DNA from: Podarcis cretensis
Lineage: Eukaryota
Direction of reading: 5' to 3'
DNA: 64,000 nt
Assembly: GCA_951804945.1 (NCBI GenBank)
Contig: OX638152.1
Span: 42,222,001-42,286,000, forward strand
Part shown: one piece after another, positions 10,961 through 22,242 of the stretch
Layout: the number at the start of each line of letters is the position of its first letter
Position numbering within the stretch: the stretch's first letter is position 1
Program-made: the position numbers and the translations under genes
Notes under the pieces: model-generated
What the model was told of the DNA's origin: nothing
The model's input: only the letters and a program-made list of their open reading frames with translations
Database searches by the model: none

Positions 10961-13092
10961 TATGAGCAGTGCCTGGGTTTTTTTTGGGGGGGGGGTCTTT
11001 CTTTGTCCTTTTTAAAATCAAATCATCAAGGGTTGAACTGTAGGGTTGTTTGCTCGAGAGCCATGTTGTGACCCTTTGAAGCCTGGAAAAATATACCCGC
11101 GCAAGTAGTTAGTGGAGGAAGGCACTCTGCCCATGCTTGGAGGTCTCTCTCTCTCTCTCTCTCCCCCCCCCCGACTGTGCAGGACCCAGCTCTCCAGTGA
11201 AGCGACCCGGCACACTTTTAGAGTCCCAAGTGATTTCTCTGACTGGAGGAGGCAGCCCTACTCCGTGACCGAAAATGAGACACCCCCCCCCCCAGTGCCA
11301 TATTCCTCTTATGTCCTCAGAAAACATTAATGCAGCTTTAATCTCCACTTTATAAGCGGGTGTTAAAAGACTGGAAACAGATCCACTCTTGTATTCTTCT
11401 TCATCTCTCTGTCATAGCAGAGGTAACTAAACTCTGTGTCTAATTCCTTCCTTAATGTAGCGGGAGGTCTAGCTTTCTGTCTAGTCTTCTCATGAATAGG
11501 GAATGGTCACCTTTGGGGGGATAGGATGGCTGGCTTTAGCGGCTGCCCTTTAAGGTAGGAGTTCATTAAATCATTGTGAACTTCTCTGTCTAAAGCTTTG
11601 GTACTTTTAATGATTTGGGTGGGGGAAAGGTGTCGTCTTACATTGTTCATATACGGTGCTTAGATTATACCTTTCGCAGTTTCCGTCAGTATATTTTATT
11701 CACTTCTTTGATTTTGGAAGCTGTCATGCCAGTGCGTCCAGCAGCTGATTTCACTTCCTAGTTCTTGCTATGACACCTAGTTTAATGGAAACATGCTTCT
11801 GCTGAAATTTGCCCACATAGCTTTGCAGCATTAAATAACTAGCATTAAAGAGTTTTGCATGCATTGGGTGTGTGTGTGTGAGTGTGTGTGTGTGTGTTCT
11901 GGTATTCAGAGGTGTTCTGGTGTTCAGAAGTGCTCTGGCGCTAATTTTAGTGTTGTTAATTTGAGTTCTGAATATACCATACTAATTAATGCATGGCACA
12001 TCTATAATTGCTAAAAGTTTGTAGACTCTCTGGAACAGCTGCCCTGGTGTGTTTTCCGGTGCTAGACTAGGAGTGTTCCATACTTGGCTTTTGGGCTCTA
12101 GTGTTTGGAGCACTTCAGAACAACACATTTTAAAATAAGAACCATGTGTGAGAGAGTGAAAAAACCTAGAAAATATAGAATGTAGAGGGATTTTTAAATG
12201 AGACTGCTAGTGCATCACAGCTTAAAGAAAAGATATTTCAGAGCTTCTGTAATTAACCTATAAGATATCGGTTATACAACGCAGTAAAGTTTTATAGAAA
12301 AGCTTCAGTGTTTAACATGTCAAGATTTACAATAATTTTATTGGCTTAAGCAGAGGGTAATGGGAATGCAGGCCTTGGGGTGCATAATCGAAGAACCATT
12401 TCTCTTAAGGATTATTCGTTATCTAAAATTATTTCTTCAGTACTTAGATCTTCATCAAATCAGAAGTTCTTGGTATTTTCATATGCAAAATATTGGATTT
12501 ATTATAATTTGGACACACCATTTTTCATGTCTCAAGCCCCCTCCTCTAAGATGAAATGAATGGTTTAAATAATTCCTTAACTTAAAATATTTAGTGGACC
12601 TGGTGTTTCTGTCCGTTTAGTTCAAAGAAGACAGATCTGCCCTTCATGGCCTAGGGCTGTGTACATGTACTAGTTTTGTGGCAGACTTGCTTGTTGACCC
12701 AAGTTTGTCCAAATAAAATAAAAAGTAATGGTGCTGGACCCAATGGTTTGTTGCCTTTTTAGAGAAAAGGGGCCACGTGGATGCATATCTGAGTGCTAAA
12801 CTTACTTCCTTGCAGTTTATTTCCCCCTCCCCATTTCACTCCCCCAGCTGGCCTCCAATAGTGGAAGTGAGAGGGGCTATGTGAGAATCACAAGGCGGAG
12901 GTGGTAGAGGGAAGAGACTACAGGCAGGTAAATTGCAGGTATAGGAAGGTTCATTCTTCCTTAATCTGTGTGTCCCTCTTGATCTAAAGATAAGACTAGT
13001 CCTCATGTGAACAGACCTGGGTGTCATCACATATAGTGTGATAATAAAAATGCTAGTTCCAACATTCAGTTGTGCATGTGGTACTGCCCAGT

Positions 13093-13481
13093 AGAGACGT
13101 AGGTGGCGCTGTGGTTTAAACCACTGAGCCTCTTGGGCTTGCTGATCAGAAGGTCAGCGGTTCAAATCCACACGACGGGGTGAGCTCCCAGCTTCTGCCA
13201 ACCTAGCAGTTTGAAAGCACACCAGTGCAAGTAGATAAATAGGTATCACTGTGGCAGGAAGGTAAACAGCATTTCCGTGTGCTCTGGTTTCCATCACAGT
13301 GTTCCTTTGCACCAGAAGCGGTTTAGTCATGCTGGCCACATAACCTGGAAAGCTGTCTGTGGACAAACGCCTGCTCCCTCGGCCTGAAAGTGAGATGAGC
13401 GCCGCAACCCCACGGTTACCTTTGACTGGACTTAAATGTCCAGGGGTCCTTTGCTCTTTTTTTTTTTTTTTTTTACCTTTT
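13093..13481 (+). mobile_element. Sauria SINE with poly-T-expanded tail
   Basis: Same head and core as the 1574 copy; 8-bp flanking direct repeat ACTGCCCA at 13083-13090 and 13483-13490. Confidence 0.9.
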
Positions 13482-13666
13482 CACTGCCCACAATGCTGAT
13501 GGAAGATCACTTGTTTTAAAGTGCCCTTGTGTTGGCTACAGAGAGAAGGCTGTAGACAAATATTTTAAAAATTCTTCCTCTCATTTTTGCATGATTGTAC
13601 AGTGGTAATGAGAGGCAGGTTTGTTGGGAGTTTGATGCTGTCTCCTTCATATGAGTGAATAGGGTA

Positions 13667-13889
13667 CAGGCAACCTGCCATTTATGCACGTTCAATTATG
13701 TGCACGACCGTGCATGCATGCATTGTACCGAACCTGAAAGTGATGCAAAAAGTCACAAAAATGTCACAAAAAGGGGCAGGGCAGGGGTGGAACAGGGTGT
13801 TTATAGGTTTTTCTTGTGGTGTTTCAAAAATACACAATTTCACTGATGTGTGCAGTGCCTCGGAACACGTGTAAATGGGAGGTTGCCTG
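13667..13889. mobile_element. TA-flanked Tigger-like MITE, family D
   Basis: Imperfect ~27-bp TIR CAGGCAACCTGCCATTTA / TAAATGGGAGGTTGCCTG, TA on both sides. Confidence 0.8.
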
Positions 13890-15258
13890 TATTAGAAAAT
13901 GTCAAGCATATTTAGTTAGGCCTTGTGTCTATGAATGTTGAAATTTAGGGAAATAATTTGCTGATACATATATTTGCAGAGGTTTGATATGGCATGTATA
14001 GGGGACCTGACCAAAGGTCATTCCTGCTATCCGGCTAATTACCTACCGTAGTTATATATTTACCAAACCAAGTAAATGTACAAGGAAATGCATCGCTATT
14101 TCTGCCTTCAACAGAGCATGCCTTCTAACTATGGTTTCATAGGGAAACAGTTGAGGTACATGTTTTGGGAAGGTGGCTGAACCTGCTGCTGGCATGTGGC
14201 ATTGCATTCTGAGCATGAGTGCTTCAGTCTTTAGTTTACCTTTTAACAGCATGAGAACTGAAGGGAAAAAATTAAATACCCACAAGTAGGTCTGTTTTTT
14301 GCCAAACCACGTGGAAAGCCACCTTGCAAGTTCTTATGCAAGTTGTGTGTATTTGATCTGTAACCTGAGCAAATGTCAGCCTTTCCAGTCCTAATTAAGA
14401 TAACTGTTCCATTTAATTAAAAAACTGCTTCTTTCTTTTGGTGGGAAAGGGCTTGAGGGAAAGCAGGTGACTCATGTTGTACCACAGCAAGAACATTCCC
14501 AATCAACATTCAAAATCCCCAGGTAATCAATATTTGTCTTCCATGCCTCAGAAGTTCTTGCATTGCTTTTTCTGTCTAATCTCCAGTTCCTGGCTAGCAT
14601 TAGGGATCTTTCAGAGAGCTTCATTTCATGTCCATTGTTTGCAATGGCTTGCATTTCCAGCTGTTTGATTTCTTTGATGCTACAACAGTTAGTAATTTGA
14701 ATCAAGGTTTAATTCAAAACCCTGCAGTTAAAGGCTTCCAGTAATTAGTTGCTTGTCTGCTTGTAATCATGAACCTCATGAAACAGTGTTCTTTGCAATG
14801 CAATTATGGTAAAAAGTCAAAGCAAGAGAGAGTGTAAAGGGCTTTGCCCATTAGATATGCTATTTCACTGATCAATACTATAAATGAGTATGCAGAGGAA
14901 AGATATGGGAAAGTCCTGATGCTTGAAAGGATTAAAGGGTGAAATTAATATGTGCTGAGTTACCTGTTCTTTTCCAACTGCCAGCAACCTGATATTACAT
15001 TTTCCTCATTCCTCTGTGGTAAAGAATAATAACAATTCTGCTCTGTCATCCAGCACTTTTAAGAGCAGGGTTTGCCCAACTTGATATGAAAAGAGAGATC
15101 AGTGTGGCCTTGCTTCACTGAGATCAACCACTTTTTACATGCTCTTGCTCTTTTCCTCTGTTCCTAAATTTCAGAAGAACTTAAGGCTCTGCAAAGTGAT
15201 TGCATCCAGGTGGATGGTGCAGATATTTTTCACACTAATTATTTCCCATTATTGACCA

Positions 15259-15975
15259 TTGCTGTTGTTGGCATCCATCTGTCTCAAGAGGGAATGGAGT
15301 ATGCCTCCAGGGGTAGAGTCAAACCACTGGGTTAGCACACCGATGTGATCTCCCTGGGGTGCAAGCCTAGGCAGGGTGTATAGAGGTCCTGGGCTATCCA
15401 GACAACAATACCCCCTTTCTTGGCCACTCTGATGTGTGGAGGGCAGAGCAACATGTTTGGCACCAGCTTGGCTTCAGGGGTTGCCAGAAGGAGATGTACA
15501 AGGTGCTGTCCAACCACCTTAGGGACTCAGCTCGGGATTTGTGTAGCCTTTTCTTCTCCTGAAATATCTCGCAAGCCAGCAGAGGTTTAGGATAAGAGTT
15601 TTCCTTCTCCTAGATAGGCTGTCTTCCCAGGTTGATGAACCCCATCAGCCCCTCACTTCCCTCTATAGCACATGCAGAAACTGCCCTCTTGGCCATTGCA
15701 CCCATTATTGCTCTTGTCTGCTCAGTCTGCCGGAGCTTGTCTTCACATGCAGGGGAAGTTTCTAACTCGCAGAGGGTTTGAAACCTATCAGCTGCCCATC
15801 AGTTAGCCAGCTGAAACCATTTCCTGGGGTGTGGCCACTGTTGCATGCTGACAGCTTCTAGGAGCCCCAGCTGAAAGCTGTGCGCAGCGTGGGGACCCAA
15901 GGTGAACAAATTACTTCAGAAGGAGAATGAGATATCCCCCACCAGAAGTACTACCCCTCCCCTAGCCTCCCATAC
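15259..15975 (-). mobile_element. Non-autonomous RTE-derived retroposon (~715 bp)
   Basis: Minus-strand 3' end reads S-I-P-S-*-D-R-W-M-P-T plus a (CAA)n-like tail, resembling the RTE ORF C-terminus (SIVSRDRRMPT). A partial second copy lies at 56425-56723. Confidence 0.65.
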
Positions 15976-16499
15976 GCAGGTCAAAGCCATACTTCAGATA
16001 AATTGATGTAGTCCCTTCTTGCTGCTTGTAACAACTGTCTGAGCAGAATACACACGGGATTTCTGTTTTGATATTTAAAATATATATATTGAGGCTGCAA
16101 ATTATAGAATTTATTTATGCACACGAAGCAGATAAAATAGTACTATCTCATTTGAGCAACAAATACACTTTTGAATATACAGTTCACAAGATGAGCTTGA
16201 ATACTAAGAGTGTAGAGAGAATTGTTGGCGGCTGACTGCTGTCTATGGTGCCACTTTTGGATACTGTTTATTATTCTGAAGCATTCAAGAAAAAAAATGC
16301 CTACAAATTTGTAGAGTGATTAAAGTGTTTTAGACTCCTTTTTCTGGACTGTGTTGTAGATGGTTGGACATGATGGAGGTTTACAAAATTGTGTTGGCAA
16401 GATGATGGATAGTGTTCTTTCTTTGTTCTGTAATCTTGGGGTTGCCAGTTGAAGTTGAATTGAAACACTTACCAAAAGTACTTCTATGAGTATTTAACA

Positions 16500-16800
16500 A
16501 AAGACGTTTTCTCCCATGAGATGCAGCAATGGCTACTAGCTTACATGGCTTTAGAAAATTAAACACATTTATGAAGGATTGGCCTCTTAATGGCTGTTAG
16601 CCTTGAGAGAGCCATTACTCTAAGAGGGTGTGTGCTTCTTTGAGTATTAGATGCTGGTGCAAGCAAGAGAAGACAATTATATCCATTCCCTGTCTGTGAG
16701 TTTCTGGAGATATATAGCTCTCCAGTATTGGAGGTAGTGGAATTTTGGTCTCAAAGGAATTTTGGTCTCATCTAGTAAGACAGCTTCTCATGGAAAAGTA
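16500..16800 (+). mobile_element. Old CR1-type LINE 3' end, followed by (TATG)n(TTCA)n microsatellite to ~16862
   Basis: ATGGCTACTAGCTTACATGGCTTTAGAAAATTAAACACATTTATGAAGGA motif typical of reptile CR1 3' ends; related antisense copy at 33885-34270. Confidence 0.55.
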
Positions 16801-19800
16801 TGTATGTATGTATGTATTTATTTATTCATTCATTCATTCATTCATTCATTCATTCATTCATAAAATGTATACACTGCTTGATTGTAAAAATCAACCACCA
16901 CCACATCAAAGTGGTTTGCAAAAAGTACTTGGAACTCCCACAGAGGGAAAAAAATTCTTAATTTAGCAGTATATAATTTTCTGTATTTTCTATATCCTTG
17001 TTTATATCATCGTTTGTCTTAAACACTATCTTTGCTGAGCCCTTGTGGGTTCAGTTGATTATTGATTTAAATTAAATAAAATGCCAGTGTGACTCCATGC
17101 TAATATCTCCAAGGACACAGTGCCCTTAATAGTTTCATATTGCTATAGCGAAAGCAGCTGAGGCAGTTTGTTAAATAAGAAGTTGGGAAAATGCTAATGA
17201 ATGAGAAATGATGGATATGGATGTGGAGAGCATATCTCTTCTAAAACTATGTATTGGAATAAAGACTCATGCAAAACATAGACAAGTCTAAAGCTAATAA
17301 AATATTATTTAGTTTCCCAAAGTTCATGAAATATGAAATCCAAAGATATTAACCAACTTTTATGTACATCTGGCAAGTGAAGAACTGTTCAAGAATGTGT
17401 TGCGGATATAGGATGCAAAGTGCTAATAATCAAGGAAAGCAGATACAGGGTATGTGTGTGAGGGGGGGAAGATATTTGATGGAGAATGTACTAGGTTTAA
17501 TTATAATCAATGGATTTACTTACACTATTGGTTCACCCAATACTAAATTGAAACTGAATTTTGTCTTCGACCTTCTCACAGTGCCTATGCTGAAAACATC
17601 TGAAAATCTAAATAATACTTGGCTTGCTGCATGAAATTTAGCACCCTTGTGTCTGGGGGGAGAAATGCCACTCTGTGCATTGCCATCATTGTTGTGATCT
17701 GGGACTTGAACTAGTCTGACCATGTACTCTCAGTTTTACTCTTCTTGATGCATGTTTTAATATTCATTGTAGACTTGTGGTGCAAAAGGAAATTAACCTG
17801 TGCGTTGTCCACCTGATCTGTGTATCGGGTTTCTTTTCTTGTGCTTGTTGTTCATTTGCACAATCTGCAACATTAACTGGCCCTGTACTGTTTCAGTAAA
17901 GTGGGATGTTTTAATAATGTGTTTCTCCATGGAAGAATTTTCATAATTTGGAGAAAAAATGAGGAATACAATATAGGAAGGCAAGAGTAAAACTGCTCAG
18001 GTTTCTGGGATGGCGTAAGATGGAGGCCACCAAATCTTGGGTGGGCTTTTTGGCACAAGTTATTGCATGAATATAGCTGTTCTTATGTTTTGGCAGCAGA
18101 TAAAGGGTAGATTTCCCAATACAAATGAACTCCAGGTTCTGTGAATCATTGAAGCTCAGGTTTGATTTACAGTTTACTGCAATGTTAGACACTTTTTATA
18201 AAATGAAAATGGTATTGTGAGTGAGTCTAAAGAGATTGCATAGTTCTTTAGAGCCGAGAATGAGGAAATAATTGAGAGCTGCTTGTTTGAACAGGGAATG
18301 CTATCTTGGAGGTGTGAATCTGCACTGAAATGCAGTAAATGGCCAGGATGGGCTGACGGTTCTAATTTTGGGGTTTTCACAGTCAGCTTTGTAGTAGGAC
18401 TCTGTGATCACAGCACAGTGCTGAGTTTCCATGAAGAGAAAATTAATATTTTGTGGTGGTTTATCATATTTTAAGAATGAACGTACTGTAAAGGTAGACT
18501 TCTCCGAGGCAAAGTAAATGGGCTGCAATGTAGGTTAGAGTTTGAAAGATGACAAGCCAGGTTATTCAGCCACTATTGACACACTTGACAGGCATGTGAC
18601 TCTAAACATGTCTGACTACTACTTAGTTGGTGCTCAAGGAATAAGCTCTTGTTGAAGCTGAGTATTTGTGGGGATGCTCAAATGGTGTTGTAGGAGAAAC
18701 TCATCCTATTGCAATCTTGGTCCTGCACTACCAGATGGCAATTTGCCAGATACTGGTTATGATAGCACACTAACCAAAACAAAGGAGTTAAACTTGGATT
18801 GTTATTACTGGGTAGAGGAGTGCCTTTGCAAGGTGCTTGGGGAGCAATGGATGCAAGTCAGCTTTACATGGGAGGTGGGGGGAGTCTTTGGCATTAGTGA
18901 CTTAGCCTTCCTGAACAGGAGGAACAATGCCTCTGCTATCTTTTCTGAAGCAGTTCTAGGGTAATATGTGTGTGTGGAATAGGATTCTGCTGCTTCCTCT
19001 GTCTTCTAAGGCTCCTTTAGGAGACAGGTTCAAGAGAAGGAGTAACTGATGGATATACGAATGTCTAAAATGCCACTTAACCCCTTTTACTTCCTGAAGG
19101 ATTTGGGGGGAGCAAGTAGCATGGTCAGGTTTGGGGAAATAGGCTAGCCTCCTCACTTCTTTTCTCTTTGAGACAATGGGAGGTGAACAGTGTGAGGAAG
19201 AAGAAGAAGAGAAATGGTAGTGAAGTATTATTTGCCTGCCTGTCAAACTTGAGTTTTTGACTAGATCTTAATACTGAAGTATGCCCATAACTGGGAATGA
19301 CAATTCTGTGCCACGGAAAAATTTATTGCTATGTGACATTCTTTCCATCCTCCTTCACCTGCCCCTCTTCTGTTATTCTCTGCTTAGGCCACCCTTAGAA
19401 ACTTTTGCTGCTGCAGTGAAGTCCAGAAGTGTATGTTCTTTGAGAGCCGTGCTTCAAAGGACCATCTCAATTATAAAAATCTCAATATAAAAAGGGTGTT
19501 CCCCTTTTATATATGTCAGCAGTCCCAACTTCTGACCCTTTATGTAAGCATAAACGTAGTGTGAGAGTTGACAGAACCAGGTGGAACAATTCCTGTTATC
19601 TCAGTAGTTGGAATTGCTGTTAACTGCATATCCATAAGGACCCAGATGAACACTCTTCACATATGAATACTTGCTGCGGATGGTTGAGACTGCTTGCGTA
19701 GAACAAAACTGTCATATGAACTGGTCCCAAAGGAGCGAACATTCTGTCTGAATTGCCATCATATGAGGCACTAACTTGCATATTTAAAATTGGTCTTGGT

Positions 19801-20828
19801 ACTCTATTTATAACAAAAGTGCAAAACCTTTTGTTGTCACTGTCAAGGGCTGCAATATGTCAGGGTGTGCATGCCAGCCAGACATGGGTGTGGCAAAAGC
19901 CAGTAGTGGTCAAGCCAATCTCTTCTCTTCTCTTTTTTATCTGCCCCCTTTCTGGACTGTATCATTCCTAAAATCAGAGAGATGAAAGTCTCCCCCCCAA
20001 AAAAAAAAAAAAATATTCCAGGTTTTACTTGCACTTAATATGCAGTATGAAGATATGTTAGACCATCTACAATGTTAGACAATCTACAGTTTTAGAGAAT
20101 AATTCCTGTATATACTGTATATACATATACAACACTCAAATACAATATGCATTTCTGTGCTACCGTCTTAGTGAGAGGAACATACAGGGCCTTCATTGCT
20201 TGTCAGTTGTTGCTTGCTGCCTTCTTCTGACCTTCAATCTAGTTTGGGGGTACTGTATCTGCTGTCGTTTTGATCTGACTCCTCTCTTGTAGCAGTCTGT
20301 TTCACCTCTCCCTTCCTAGATACCCTCAAAACTAACAGTACAATACTTTTCTCAGAAATCCCACCTGGTTCAGTGAATGCATGTGGCATTGCCTCTTAAG
20401 GCAAGTATGCTTTTGAGGCTGTAATCCTATAGTTCATCTAAACAAAGGTTGTTATTCCTGAGTAAATGTGTATAGGCTTATGCTGTGCATTTAATAAATA
20501 TGCCCAAATGTACAATTTTATGTGCTAATTGTATTAGAAGTAGAGCATTATTTGTTAAGGCAGTAAATGGGTTTGACTTTGATAAGAAAGTATTGCATAG
20601 ATTAAAAAAAAAAATTCCTGAAATTTCCGTTTCCCACCAAATGAAGGGAAAAATGAGTTTTTCATGTCCTTAAAAATTTCCAGAAACTTTATGTCTCTGC
20701 TTGAAACATTTATCAAGCAGCTTCTGTCTCTGGAGATTGAGTTGGAGATCAGGGAGGGGCGCCAAGAGGGAGAAGTAACCTGTCTGCAGCAGAGCAAAAC
20801 TTATTGATGCTTCCTACTCTTATATCTG

Positions 20829-21166
20829 GGGTGGCGCTGTGGGTTAAACCACTTGCTGATCAGAAGGTTGGCGGTTCGAATCCCCACGCCGGGATGAGCT
20901 CCCATTGCTCGGTCCCTGCTCCTGCCAACCCAGCAGTTCGAAAGCATGCCAAAAAGTGCAAGTAGATAAATAGGTACCGCTCCGGTGGGAAGGTAAACAG
21001 CGTTTCCGTGTGCTGCTCTGGTTCGCCAGAAGCGGCTTAGTCATGCTGGCCACATGACCTGGAAGCTGTCTGCGGAGAAACGCTGGCTCCCTTGGCCTAT
21101 AGAGATGAGCGCCTCAATCCCAGTCACGACTGGACCTAATGGTCAGGGGTCCCTTTACCTTTACCT
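20829..21166 (+). mobile_element. Sauria SINE (slightly 5'-truncated, small internal deletions)
   Basis: A/B boxes, ACCTTT tail, 14-bp TSD TACTCTTATATCTG at 20815-20828 and 21167-21180. Confidence 0.93.
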
Positions 21167-22015
21167 TACTCTTATATCTGCTCTTGCTAGAGTCCTGGGA
21201 GAATGAGAGAGGTGGCCCTGCTTGCTGTAATTAATGTTCTGGGTGGGGAATGCAAAGCAGAAGGGGGTCTATGTGGTGAAGAGGAAGACAAGAACCCCAA
21301 AATGGTGCAAAACACAGAATTAACCACAAAACTACACCTGCAAGCTTACAGTCTAAATGGAAACAGGAAGAAGGGGGTAGGGAAAGCTAATGGAGGAAGA
21401 AAAGAACTGTTTTTTTAAACATTTAAACTATTAAGAGTGTCAACAAGTAGATAGTGCTGAGTTTCTGGAGTCTTATTTTGAATTTACCACCTCTGTTTCA
21501 AAATCTGAATTGCATTCAAATTTCAAGTCTTGAGTCTGTCTAGAGTGCCTAAAACCATTTTTTCCTCAAATGCAACTTGAAAGGCGATATTACAGTTTGT
21601 ATCCATGTAACAGTTAGAGGAAAGCTGGTATTCCAGTAATCTGGCTTAATGGTAGATTGCAGCAAGTGTTGACAAATGTTGTGTGCTCTCACTTCAGTTT
21701 TGCTCATGATAGCTTGCTTTGTAAACTTCTGTAATGGCAGGGACGGGATGGGGCAAGTGCAGGCATATCTCACTTGGATACAGCAAAGTATTATGCACAG
21801 TGGATGCTTAAGCATTTGGCTGGCATAAGGCCCATTAAGCTCAGTGAGGTGTGAGCTGGCAGAGCTGCTTCAGATAGCATTCTAAGGGCAAAATGGGGAG
21901 AGAGCATCAGAGGGATACTGCTGTTGTGCGTGTGTCAAGGACATTGCACTTTTGGTACATGGTTCTAAAGCAGTTCAGCCAAGAAACAAAATTGATGTGT
22001 TTTTCTCCCCTTGTA

Positions 22016-22242
22016 CAGTCATACCTTGGTTATCGAGCGGCTTACAATAGTTGCCGAACAAATCGGCTTCCGGACGCCGCAAACCTGGAAGTAAGTGTTC
22101 CGGTTTGTGAACGTTTTTCAGAAGCTGAACTTCCGACACGGCTTCCACTTGAGTGCAGGAAGTTCTTGCAGCCAATCGGAACGGTTTTAGGAGTTGAACG
22201 GACACCCGGAAGGGATTAAGCTCAAGAACCAAGGAACCACTG
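22016..22242. mobile_element. Tc1/mariner-pogo-type MITE, family B
   Basis: TA|CAGTCATACCTTGGTTATCGAGC ... GCTCAAGAACCAAGGAACCACTG|TA. Confidence 0.82.

Noticed and set aside
9303-11021. Many overlapping ORFs on both strands, up to 232 aa (10323-11021, minus)
   Set aside because: GC-rich CpG island depleted of stop codons; low-complexity Pro/Arg/Gly/Ala translations, mostly with non-ATG starts. Only 10700-10754 has splice and homology support.
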